From the NCBI GenBank assembly GCA_051294375.1, contig CM119265.1, forward strand, positions 20,979,000 through 21,042,999: a DNA stretch of 64,000 bases. Direction: 5' to 3'. This stretch comes from Paraspadella gotoi. Lineage: Eukaryota; Animalia; Chaetognatha. The first letter of the stretch is position 1; the number at the start of each line of letters is the position of its first letter. The position numbers and the translations under genes are program-made. Positions 25,201-37,700 of the stretch are shown here, in pieces. The notes beneath the pieces were generated by a model, which was not told where the DNA came from, ran no database searches, and saw only the letters and a program-made list of their open reading frames with translations.

Positions 25201-27374
25201 TGAAGACGAACGTGATTTATGTGATAATAGACGCTTAGAAAGTCAGACTCGCATTCCCGGCCACGCCTCCCCGTAATGGTGAAAGAGGGGTGAGAAGAAG
25301 CGCGGGGCGGAGGCGGAGCCTCATGGTTAAAAGTTTTGAAAACGAGGTGAAGGATTCTCGACGCTTCTCCCGGCAGGTGGTATTTTCGATTGAACTCGAT
25401 TTTGAAAAGAAATTGGCGATGATATTTACTTTTCATTGTTGAATTAATAATTAGGTGTTATTTAAGTTTTGCTTTGAGATTATTCGATAACTAAAAAAAC
25501 TTGATCAAGAAAGCGTCGGTTACAAAATAGTAAATACGTTTAAAGGTCCAATAACCTTCTCGATTTACTCCCCCCTCACCATTTGTATTCTCGAAATATT
25601 GAGGAAAAGTCACGCAAATGCAATTTTCATGAGTTGAACCACTAAAAATTTCCATGGAGATCGGAACACCGTGAGGCAGAAAGGGGGGGGAGTTAAGGAA
25701 TAAGCGAGGTGAGAGCAGGAGGAAACAAAAAATAGAGTGGCAGACAACTTCGCAAAATTCTCTCCAGATCTTAGATGTTTCTAAGTTTCTATGGACTTTT
25801 ATCATTACTACTACGATTCTCCCTATTTTGCCGATGTGCACCACGAGTTCGGAGTCATTAGTTTTTTCGAGTCCCAATTTTTAATCTTGACGCCTCCGAG
25901 ATCTCGCGCGCCCTCTTTCTCTGATTTCCGCGCCAAAACCTCCATTAGTCTCTTCGACGCGTCTCTCGAACTCCTTCGTCGCCTCTGGGAACGAATGACC
26001 ACAGGGAGGAGGCTCAACCAGTCCAACCCAACTCTTTCCGTGAGTCCGCATGGCACAGATGTCAATCCTCCAGCCAAACCTCGTTCTCAAACACTATTGC
26101 CCACCCCCAATCCCTCATTTTATTTTTATACTAACTTCCCCGCCCAAAAAAAAGAAAATTCGCTGAATCTGGTAAAAACGAATCCGAATTCGGTGGAAGG
26201 GAGAGAGAGAGAGAGAGAGCGGCGATCTTATCTCAGAAATCACATTCTCGTCGGTCTGTTCCGACGGACAATAGAACTCGGTAGGTAAGGGGGAGAGAGC
26301 GAGAGATCTCGCATGTGCGCGCGATTTGCGCGCGACCACGTGCGCAGCTCGCGTCTGACTCTGACAGAGGGGGAGACAGATAGAGACGGATTTCCATACT
26401 GAAAGAATCTCTAGTTCGTTAAGGACTGATTGTGAAGGAAATGTGAGAGTGACTCGCGTGAAAGGACACGAGCGAAGGATACGTGATAAGTGAAAGGGGC
26501 GGTGGTGAGTGGAGCGAAGAGTGAGTGAGAGTGGAAAAAAAAAAGAATGGAGTCCACTGAATAGCATTGAAGTTAATTTGAGATTCTAACCATCGCTGAT
26601 CCCTTATTAGTTCAAATGTGGCATCGAATATTGTTGACAGAGACAAGAATTGTTTTGGCTTCTCATTTTTACCTTGGAAGTCTTCCACACTGAGCGACCT
26701 CGTCGCCTTCTTTCTTTTCCCAACGTCTTTCAATCGCAACTTGAATTATGCAGGTTCTAATTGAATCCAAATTGAATTTAAATTGAATTTTTAAAGGTAA
26801 TCTCGATTAAACATGTGTTGAGCCGATGGGGTTTCAACTTGATGCCGATATGTTATGACTTATTAATTATTCTAAGCTGAATATTATTTTCCTTTCTATA
26901 TTTAAAAAAAAAGATAATAAAAAAATAGTTTTAAAAAGTAACTCGCTAACTGTAAAACCGGGTACGCGATATAGAAAAAAAAATTTAGTTTTTTATTTTT
27001 TTTTTTTTAACTTTTTTTTCTCGTCTGTCTGTTGAAATCCGATAAGAAGGATTTCATTTGTGTTTTATGGTTTCGCGGTGAGCGAGAATCAATCATGAGA
27101 TTTGGGGAGATTTGGCAAAAAGGAAATGATGGGGTGAGTGAGTGAGAAAGAGGGGCCTTGTAAGACAGTGGGAGTGAAGATTTAAAATTGGGAGCTGAGA
27201 GAGAGGAAGAGAATTTCTTTTCGATTTCAGAGGGAGTAGTGGAATTAAGTAGAAACTTTTTATAAATCGAAAGTGGAATTCCTATTTTTGAGATTATTGA
27301 GATTATTTATACTATTTCTATATATTTTGTTTTCTGAAGACGAAAGACGAAGATTGAAATGATGCGACGACCAA

Positions 27375-27430
<56 letters not shown>

Positions 27431-30029
27431 CTTTCGCTTTTTGCTTTGTGCTTTTACGCATCGTTGTTTTGACCGCAACGCAAAGGAGATTAACTCACTC
27501 TCTGTCTAGTTCCTTCTATTTCCATTATTCCACCCGTCTGCCGCGGAAGGCGGAATCTGTATTCCTTTGGATGCGAGTACAATCAGGTTTAACACGTGAA
27601 TGAGATCGTGAATGTGATTGTGATCGCGCGGGAAACCAAGGGAACTTTGTAATAAAGTGAAAATAATTTTCTATAATATGTATTTAATGATAAAAATAAG
27701 TTAATATTTACGACTTCGCCAGTACAAAGGAATTAACGTGAGTTTTAAGGAAGGAAAAACGAGAGAGGTTTGAGATATTATGAAAATTTTCGCTATAGGA
27801 ATGTTTTAGTTTCAAAGTTTTTATTTGTACAAAATTATAACAATAATAATGCCTTCCAAAAAAAAAAAAGCCCGGAAAAATCTGGTTTCTTCCGGGCAAG
27901 CAAGTTTCGACCTCGGTATGAAACGGGACTAATCAGCGGAGGTAAAAATGTTGACCATAATTTATGGCATAAAGATATTATTAACCCAGATACCGACCAG
28001 ACTCGAAACGAGACAACCTTTTTCTCACAGGGCCTGAAATTGCAACAAAGATTTGTTTCTTTGTGTCGAATTTTTAGGTTTATAAAAAGAAATGCCCATT
28101 TGATCGTTTTTATTATGACGTAAAATTAATCGATTGTTTCTATAATTTTTCGTTTTACGAAGGAAACCATTTTCCCAAATTCGAATGGAATTAAGGTCCC
28201 GGATGTGGAAAGAACCAGTGGCCCGGATATGAATGGAATCTTCGTCCGGATATAGAGGGATCTTCTTAGTTCCGACGTCCGCCGGAGCCATAATTCACTT
28301 GTTATCTCGTCTCTCATCTGCAAAAGCGGCGCTCATGTTTGACGGCCAAATATCCCCGCCGTTGTTTATTCCTGCCGTTGCTGCCCGCTCTGCCGCGACG
28401 GCCGCCGCTTCCGCCGCTACAGCGGCCGCCTCCACCGGCTACATCCCACTAAGTCTCGAGGATTCTAAGACTAAAACTTTTTTTCCACCGCCCGCGGAGC
28501 AAACTGTTTTTTTTTTATTTAACAGTTATTGTTTGATAACCGAACCAGCAGTAATTAACCCCGATACTATTTCTTGAGCTGGACAGTTGACAGCTGTTCT
28601 TTTCGAACCTTGCTGTCATGTTCCTACGGTCGAGTCATTGCGTCTCAATTTTTGTACATCCCACAGAGATTAACGCCGTGCGACGCTCTGTTCGCAGGAT
28701 TTACGTGGTACTTCCGTTCTGAATGAGTGGGCGTCAGTGAAAGAGAGAGTCAGAGACAGTGAGTATTCGGTGCTCTCGTTTAAAAGACAAATGAAAACTC
28801 TACACCGCTCTCCGAATCTTTTTATTCGGCCATGTACATGAATTACTGGCGATTGCCAAAACTGAAAAAAAAAAGAAAAAAAAAAACATCCGGACACATT
28901 TTCCCCACTGACTCTTCCAAATTGTTTTAAAACCATAAACCTTTTTTTTTTCTAGAGTCCCATTCAAATTTATTACTTTTTCCTTCGCCCCGTTTGCTTC
29001 TCTTTCCTCTCGCCATGACCGCGCCCCTCTTCCGCGTCATGTCCTCGCCCGTCCTCTTCATCCTCTTCTTCCTCCTCCTCCTCCTCCTCCTCCTCCTCTC
29101 TTGTCCAGGATTTCCAGACTCGATCCTTGAGGACAGCAACTCCTCCGTGAGTAATGACTCTCAATTGCATCTCCGACCGTCTGACTATTCACTCTTCCTC
29201 CTACTTCATTTCGCTTCTCCGCTCCACTAAACTTCGCTCCATTCGACTCCATAGCTCCTACTATTCGTGTTTACCGTTCGGTTAATTCCCCCCCCCCCCG
29301 CTCTCCCTAATTCCACCTCTTCCCCCCCCCCTGTCCCCCCACTCTCTCTCAGATCATCGGCGCCGTGTTCGGCCGCGTCAAACTTTATTTCTCCTTCGGA
29401 ACCCCCTTTCACTACAGGGTGGGGCTGGGCGGACGTGGCAGGGCCCCATCCCACACCGAAGCCCCCCGTAGCCAAAGATGAATGGGTCCCGCAGGGATAT
29501 TTTATGCAGATGGTAATAAAAAAGTTTATCATCTCAGCTGTGGGATCGCGCAACTTTTTTTCTTTCCTTCATTTTTCTCGCCTCACGATCCGCCGAATCT
29601 TAGCTTTTGAATGGCTGAGACTCTCTCTCGTTCTCTCTACCCACTCTCTCTCTCTCTCTCTGTCTCTCTTCCTTCTCTCTTTCTTCTCCTCTTCCTCTCT
29701 TGTCGCTTATCTTTGTCTTGCACCTTCGCTCCTTCTCCACGTTTTTGCTTTTTACTCAGCTCATAATTTTTTACTTTCCTACTCCTCTTTTCTTAATCCT
29801 TTCTCTCTCCTTCCTATTTTTTCCTTCCATGTTGTCCTCTATTATTCGTTTCCCATTTTTTTCTTCCTTCCCCTTTCCTCCCTTCCTCCTGCTCTCTTCC
29901 CTTCCACGCTTCCTCCCCTTTCCTCCGTCTCGTCTTCCCAGTAAAAAAAAACTTGTTGCGTCCTGATTTTCGTTTGTAAAAGAATCAGCGATGCGTATCG
30001 AAGCGTGAACCCTAATGGGTGAATAGTGA

Positions 30030-30185
30030 AGGTGTTGTGAGATCTGGGGTTGGGAGGAAAGAGGAAAGGGAGGCAGGGGTGAGAAGGGGCATGTGAGATC
30101 TGTTGTGAGAATGAGAGAGGAAAGGGAGGCGGGGGTAAGAAGGGGTGTTGTGAGAGCTGGGGCGAGTAGGAGAGAGAAAAGGGAG
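30030..30185. repeat. Degenerate ~55-bp purine-rich tandem repeat (2-3 units)
   Basis: The unit tgtgagatctg..gaggaaagggaggc.ggggt.agaagggg recurs. Confidence 0.6.
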
Positions 30186-32049
30186 TCGTGAATTTTAAAA
30201 GCCTGGGATGTCGTGAAATTGGAGTGAAAGGAAAACGGAAAATGGAGGAATGAGTTTTATGGAGTGAACACGAAATTTACTCAAATATGGGGAGTGGTGA
30301 AAAGTAAAGAGTGGATGCAAAGGGGCAAAACATAGTAATGTTGTTAGATCTAAAGTGAGAAGGCAATCTCTAGTCCATTGGGTGTAGTCAATCGGGTCTA
30401 AAAAACGAAGCGTGAGAATCAGTCGGGGTTGAGTAGCTAATGTGTAGTGAAAATGAATATAATAAGTTCAAGACCCAGACAAATTCGGTTGAAAGTATGC
30501 TAATGTCTAGACAACCGTTGCTTCCAAAAAAAAAATCGCTAAACAAAGTGTTTAGAAAAAATCGCTAAAAATTTGTAAAGAGAAACGATGGGAAACGAAG
30601 CCCGAGGACGGACGCGCGAGTAAGAAGAAAAAAGGAGGCAATGATATGTAACGACCCGAGTTGTGTATGGAGTCGAAGTATTACGGACGATGGAAAAATG
30701 TAGAAGAAAAAAAAGTTGAAAATTACTACGCTGGCTAGGGCGTAAGAAGTATTTACTAAATGTTTAAAGACTAATTAAAACGGACTAATTTAAGTAAATC
30801 TTTATTAACTAAGAGTGAATAGTCGTAATTATTCTCTTCAATCTTCTCATTCTTTCTCAATTACTTTCTCTTCTCCTTTCCTCCACCGAAACAGAGAAGG
30901 AGAGATTTCGGGGGATCAAAGGGAGGAGGAGATTGAGCTCAGCTTTGGTCGGACTTTTGGGAGCTTAAACGAAGAAACGGACCCACAACTTGAACGGGAG
31001 AGAAGAACTTGAATTAAAGGAGGAAACGGGGCCCACAACTTTAAGGGAGAAAAGACCACAAAATAAATACTCGAGCGCGAAAGACACCACGAACGACGAG
31101 TTTCAACTTGAAGAGCTCAATGGGTCCGCGACTTAAAAGAAGAAAAAGAATCCACAAGAAGACAATATATCACAAATTAGAGGAAGAAACTGGACAACCA
31201 AAAAGAAGAAACTGGGACAATTTAAATTATAGAAACTGGCCGATATAACAAAACAAAATAGGACAAATGAAAGCTAATTTCAAAGAAAAAAACACCGCCG
31301 ATTTTTTTTGTGCAACGATCGACCGCGAAAAGATTTTTTAACTCGTACTTAACTTATTGTCCCATGAAAGGATTGATTTCCAACGTTCCACGAATCTCTG
31401 CAGATCCGGAAAAGTGACCGACAAGACACGACCTCTGGAAAATTCGGCGAACAGGCGGACACATGAGCCTGACATTCGCCCGACCGTCGCTGATCCGAAT
31501 TGACAGGGAAGTTCCGGTGAGAACGGATCGATACGTGACCGAAATACCGGAGGTGGAACCGAAAGTGGGGGAAGAGGGGTTGGCGGCGCCGGAGGCAGCG
31601 CCGGAGGCTGAGTCGCCGTCCCTCTGGAGTCTGATACGTCACAATCGGGAGACGTCACCGCGAGGACGACGTCGGTGGAGTTTGATTCTCGGTGACGAAT
31701 GTGAGATGCGAATAATTGATATTTCTTGTTTTTTTTATAGGATATTATTTCTATACTATATATTTACTCAGCTTTCAGCTAAACCAGAATTTCAGCAACG
31801 CTCTAGCCGTATTAGAGTTAGTACGTTAAATTGTATCAATTATATATTATTATATTAAATAGTACAGTATATTGCAGGTATCGTTTCTTTTTAGTTTTCG
31901 TGTCCTCCTTCTCCCATTTTTCTGAAATGAATTTTGAATTTGGATCTATTTATCTTTTATTTCCATTTTTTTATTCTTTTAGTCCCCATTGTGAACTTGA
32001 AAAGTTTTGGGCTAAACAAACAACGAGATGACGAATAAGTGGAGTCTTG

Positions 32050-32340
32050 AGAGACTGGAGGAGAGACTTAAAAGAAGGGACTGGAGTCTCTCCTCTCGAG
32101 AGGAGAGACTAGAGAGGAGAGACTTAAAAGAGAAGAGACTAGAGAGGAGAGACCGATAGGAGAAGAGACTGAAGAGGAGCGACTAGAGAAGAGAGACTTA
32201 AAAGAAAAGAGACTAGAAAAGAGAGAATTGAGAGGTGAGACTTAAAAGAGAAGAGACTAGTGTGGAGAGACCTATACGAGAAGAGACTGAAGAGGAGAGA
32301 CTTAAAAGAAAAGAGACTAGAAAAGAGAGACTTGAGAGGA
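32050..32340. repeat. Purine-rich minisatellite, ~14/28-bp unit agaggagagacttaaaagagaagagact (also ~39170-39465 and inverted ~52398-52700)
   Basis: Repeated gagact[t/a] units visible; these produce the SLFS/SLL low-complexity ORFs. Confidence 0.85.
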
Positions 32341-33062
32341 TAGCCCAAAGGGACTCGCATAAAAAACCAAAACAATTGAAAGACGAAAAAAAATGGATTC
32401 TTTCTTTTTTTCTCTTTAAATCTTTTCTTTTCAATCTCGGGGATTTTCCTCTGGATTTTCGTCTTGCTCCTTCACTCCTTCTCTTTTTTGCTCCTCCTCC
32501 TTTACTCCTCCTCTTCCTCCTCCTCCTCCATAGAAGGATCGTTGAACTGATTTTTGAAAGAAAGAAGGAAAAAAAAAGAGAAAAAGAAGAAAAAAAAAAA
32601 AAAACACCAATAAACAAAGAAATAAAAAAATCCTTTCTGACAAGAGATATATATATTTCTGAACCCGAAACATTAAAAAAAAACTTCTTCTCCCCAAAGG
32701 ATTAAAAGATTTTATACGATATGCAAAGGAGGACCCGTAACTGTATCCCGGGTAAAAAAAAAAAGAAAGAATATTCACTCAGGTCGGTACTTACCTTCAA
32801 CCCCTTACCCGCCCTCCATTCTTTCCCGTCGTGATCGTCGAGGGAAAGTTTGCGTAATAATCGTTTATTTTCCATTTCGCATCATAAAAGCCGGAGGTAA
32901 GGCGGGGTAAGAGATGAGAGGAGGTGGGGAGGAGGAAAAGGGGGTAGAGGAGGCTGAGGAAGAGGAAGCGACGTCTCGCGTCTCAGTTGTAAACCGGTCT
33001 TTGTGATTTTCCAGACCCTAACCTCGAATCGGGCGCCAACGGTGAGACGGTTTATTTAGGCC

Positions 33063-34654
33063 CCCAATTTTTAATCTCGACGCCTCCGAGTTCTCGCGCG
33101 CCCTCTTTCTCTGATTTCCGCGAAAAACCTCCATAGTCTCTTCGACGCGTTCTCTCGAACTCCTTCGTCGCCTCTGGAACGAATGAACCAACAGGGAGGA
33201 GGCTCAACAGTCCTACCCAACTCTTCCGTGAGTCCGCATGGCACGGATGTCGATCCTCCAGCCAAATCTCGTTCGCAAACACTATGCCCACCCCCAATCC
33301 CCAATTTATTTTTATACTAACTTCCCCCCCCCAAAAAAAAAAGGAAAATTCGCTGAATCGGTAAAAAACGAATCCGAATTCGTGGAAGGAAAGAGAGAGA
33401 GAGAGCGGCGATCTTATCTCAGAAATCACATTCTCGTCGGTCTGTTCCGACGGACAATAGACTCGGCTAGGTAAGGGGGAGAGAGCGAGAGATCTCGCAT
33501 GTGCGCGCTTATTTGCGCGCGACCACGTGCGCAGGGCTCGCGTCTGACTCGACAGAGGGGGAGACAGATAGAGACGGATTTCCATAACTGAAAGAATCTC
33601 TAGTTCGTTAAGGACTGATTTGCAGGAAATGTGAGAGTGATCGCGTGAAAGACACGAGCGAAGGATACGTGATAAGTGAAAGGGGCGGTTGGTGAGTGGA
33701 GCCGAAGAGTGAGTGAGTGAGAGTGGAAAAAAAAAAAAGAATGGAGTCACAGAATAGCATTGAAAGTTAATTGAAGATTCTAAACCATCGCTGATCTCTT
33801 ATTAGTTCAAATGTGGCATCGAATATTGTTGACAGAGACATAGAATTGTTTTGGCTTCTCATTTTTACTTTGAAGTCTTCACACGAGCGACCTCGTCGCC
33901 TTCTTCTTTTCCCAACGTCTTTCAATCGCAACTTGGATTATGGCAGGTTTTCTTAATTGAATCCAAATGAATTTAAATTGAATTTTTAAAGGTAATCTCG
34001 ATTAAACATGTGTTGAGCCGATGGGGTTTCAACTTGATGCCGATATTTTATGACTTATTAATTATTCTAAGCTGAATATTATTTTTCCTTTCTAATTTTA
34101 AAAAAAAAGATAATAAAAAAATGGTTCTAAAAAGTAACTCGCTAACTGTAAAACCGGGTACGCGATATATAAAAAAAATTTTATATTTTTTTTTTCCAAC
34201 TTTTTTTTCTCGTCTGTTCTGTTGAATATCCGATAAGAAGGATTTCATTTGTGTTTTATGGTTTCGCGGTGAGCGAGAATCAATCATGAGATTTGGGTAG
34301 ATTTGGCAAAAAGGAAATGATGGGGTGAGTGAGTGAGAAGAGGGCTTGTAGACAGTGGGAGTGAAATTTAAAAATTGGGAGCTAGAGAGAGGAAGAGAAT
34401 TTAATTTCGACTTCAGAGGGATAGTGGAATTAAGTAGAAACTTTTTATAACGAAAGTGGAATTCCTATTTTTGAGATTATTGAGATATATTGAGATTATT
34501 TATACTATTTCTATATATATTTTGTTTCTGAAGAGCCTGAGCGAACTGACACCCGAGAAACGAGCGAACGCTCATCCTGTAAAAAAAAACCTGACTGCGA
34601 AAGACGAAGATTGAAATGATGCGACGACCAAACGTCTCTCTCTCTCTCTCTCTC

Positions 34655-34713
<59 letters not shown>

Positions 34714-37700
34714 CTTTCGCTTTTTGCTTTGTGCTTTTACGCATCGTTGTTTTGACCGCAACGCAAAGGAGATTAACTCACTCTCTGTCTAGTTCCTTCT
34801 ATTTCCATTATTCCACCCGTCTGCCCGCGGAAGGGGAATCTGTATTCCTTGGATGCGAGTACAATCAGGTTTAACACGTGAATGAGATCGTAAAACTAAT
34901 TTTCTATAATATGTATTAATGAAAAAAATAAGTTAATATTTACGACTTCGCCTGTCCAAAGGAATTAACGTGAGTTTTAAGGAAGGAAAAAACGAGAGAG
35001 GTTTGAGATATTATGTAAATTTCGCTAAAGGATGTTTTTAGTTTCAAAGTTTTTATTTTTACAAAATTATGACAATAATAATGCCTTCCAAAAAAAAAGC
35101 CCTAAAAATCTGGTTTCTTCCGGGCAAGCAAGTTTCGACCTCGGTATGAAAACGGGACTAATCAGCAGAGGTAAAAATGTTGACCATAATTTATGTATAA
35201 GATATTATTAACCCGATACTGACCAGACTCGAAAACGAGCAACCTTTTTTCTCACCGGGCCTGAAATTGCAACAAAGATTTGTTTCTTTGTCGTGTCAAA
35301 TTTTTAGGTTATAAAAAAATTAATGCCCATTTGATTGTTTTTATTATGAGTAAAATTAATAGATTCTTTCTATAATTTTTCGTTTTAAGAAGGAAACCAT
35401 TTTCCCAAATTCGAATGGAATTAAGGTCCCGGATGTGGAAAGAACAGTGGCCCGGATATGAATGGAATCTTCGTCCGGATATAGAGGGATCTTCTTAGTT
35501 CCGACGTCCGCCGACCATAATTCACTTGTTATCTCGTCTCTCATCTGCAAAAGCGGCGCTCATGTTATGACGGCCAATATCCCCGCCGTTGTTTATTCCT
35601 GCCGTTGCTGCCGTCCGCCGCGACGGCCGCCGCTTCCGCCGCCAACAGCGGCCGCCTCCACCGCTACATCCCACTAAGTCTCGAGGATTTAAGACTAAAA
35701 ACTTTTTTCCACCGCTCGCGGAGCAAACGTTTTTTTTATTTAACAGTTATTGTTTGATAACCGAACCAGCAGTAATTAACCCCGATACTATTTCTTGAGC
35801 TGGACAGTTGACAGCTGTTCTTTTTCGAACCTTGCTGTCATGTTCCTACGTCGAGTCATTGCGCTCAATTTTTGTACATCACAGAGATTAAGCCCGTGCG
35901 ACGCTCTGTTTCGCAGGATTTTACGTGGTACTTCCGTTCTGAATGAGTGGGCGTCAGTGAAAGAGAGAGTCAGAGACAGTGAGTATTCGGTGCTCTCGTT
36001 TAAAAGAAATGAAAACTCTACTCCGTCTCGAATCTTTTTATTCGCCATGTTCATGAATTACTGGCGATTGCCAAAACTGAAAAAAGAAAAGAAAAAAAAA
36101 ACAAAAAACATCCGGACACATTTCCCCTGACTCTTCCAAATTGTTTTAAAACCATAAACCTTTTTTTTTTCTAGAGTCCATTCAAATTTATTACTTTTTT
36201 CCTTCGCCCCGTTTGCTTCTCTTTCCTCTCGCCATGACCGCGCCCCTCTTCCGCGTCATGTCCTCGCCCGTCCTCATTCATCCTCTTCTTCCTCCCTCCT
36301 CCTCTCTTGTTCAGGATTTCCAGACTCGATCCTTGAGACAGCAACTCCTCCGTGAGTAATGACTCTCAATTGCATCTCGACCGTCTGACTATTCACTCTT
36401 ACTCCTACTTCATTTCGCTTCTCCGCTCACTAAAACTTCGCTCCATTCGACTCCATAGCTCCTACTATTCGTGTTTACGTTCGTTAATTTTCCCCCCGCT
36501 CTCCCTAATTCCACCTCTTCCCCCCCCTTGTTCCCCACTCTCTCTCAGATCATCGGCCGCCGTGATTCCGATTCCGATTCACTACAGGGTGGGGCTGGCG
36601 GACGTGGCAGGGCCCCATCCCACACCGAAGCCCCCGTAGCAAAGATGAATGGGTCCCGCAGGGATATTTTATGCAGATGGTAATAAAAAAGTTATCATCT
36701 CAGCTGTGGGATCGGGCAACTTTTTTTCTTCCTTCATTTTTCTCGCCTCACGATCGCCGAATCTTAGCTTTTGAATGGCTGAGACTTCTTCTCTCGTTTC
36801 TCTACCCACTCTCTCTCTCTCTCCGTCTCTCTTCTTCTCTCTTTCTTCTCCTCTTCCTCTCTTTCGCTTATCTTTGCTTGCACCTTCGCTCCTTCTCCAC
36901 GTTTTTGCTTTTACTCAGCCTCATAATTTTTTACTTTCCTACTCCTCTTTTCTTAATCCTTTCTTCTCCTTCTTCCTATTTTTCCTTCCATGTTGTCCTC
37001 TATTATTCGTTTCCATTTTTTTTCTTCCTTCCCCTTTCCTCCTTCCTCCTGCTCTCTTCCTTCACGCTTCCTCCCTTTTCCTCCGTCTCGTCTTCCCAGT
37101 AAAAAAAACTTGTTGCGTCCTGATTTTCGTTGTAAAAGAATCAGCGATGCGTATCGAAGCGTGAACCCTAATGGTGAATAGTGAAGGGTGTTGTGAGATC
37201 TGGGTTTGGGAGGAAAGAGAAAAGGGAGGCAGGGTGAGAAGGGGCATGTGAAGATCTGTTGTGAGGAATGAGAGAGCAAAGGAGGCAGGGTAAGAAGGGT
37301 GTTGTGAGAGCTGGGGCGAGAAGGAGAGAGGAAAGGGAGTCGTGAGTTTTAAAAGCCTGGGATGTGTGAATTTGGAGTGAAAGGAAAACGGAAAATGGAG
37401 GAATGAGTTTTTATGGAGTGAACCGCGAAATTTATACAAATATGGGAGTGGTGAAAAGTAAAGAGTGATGCAAAGGGCAAAAACATAGTAATGTTGTTAG
37501 ATCTAAAGTGAGAAGGCAATCTCTAGTCCATTGGGTGTAGTCAATCGGGTCTAGAAAACGAAAAGCGTGAGAATCAGTCGGGGTAGAGTAGCTAATGTGT
37601 AGTGAAATGAATATAATAAGTTCAAGACCCAGACAAATTCGGTTGAAAGTATGCTAATGTCTAGACAACCCTTACTTCCAAAAAAAAAAAATCGCTAAAC

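Larger units (their letters stand above)
25873..33061 (+). repeat. Block A, copy 1 (~7.2 kb; probably the true locus)
   Basis: Starts cccaatttttaatct..cgcctccgag and ends ggtgagacggtttatttaggc; colinear with 33063-40175 and inverted at 51677-58832. Confidence 0.95.

Noticed and set aside
32050-32340. Short repeats with variable intervening bases resembling a CRISPR array
   Set aside because: Degenerate purine minisatellite without unique spacers or cas genes, in a spliceosomal-intron genome.
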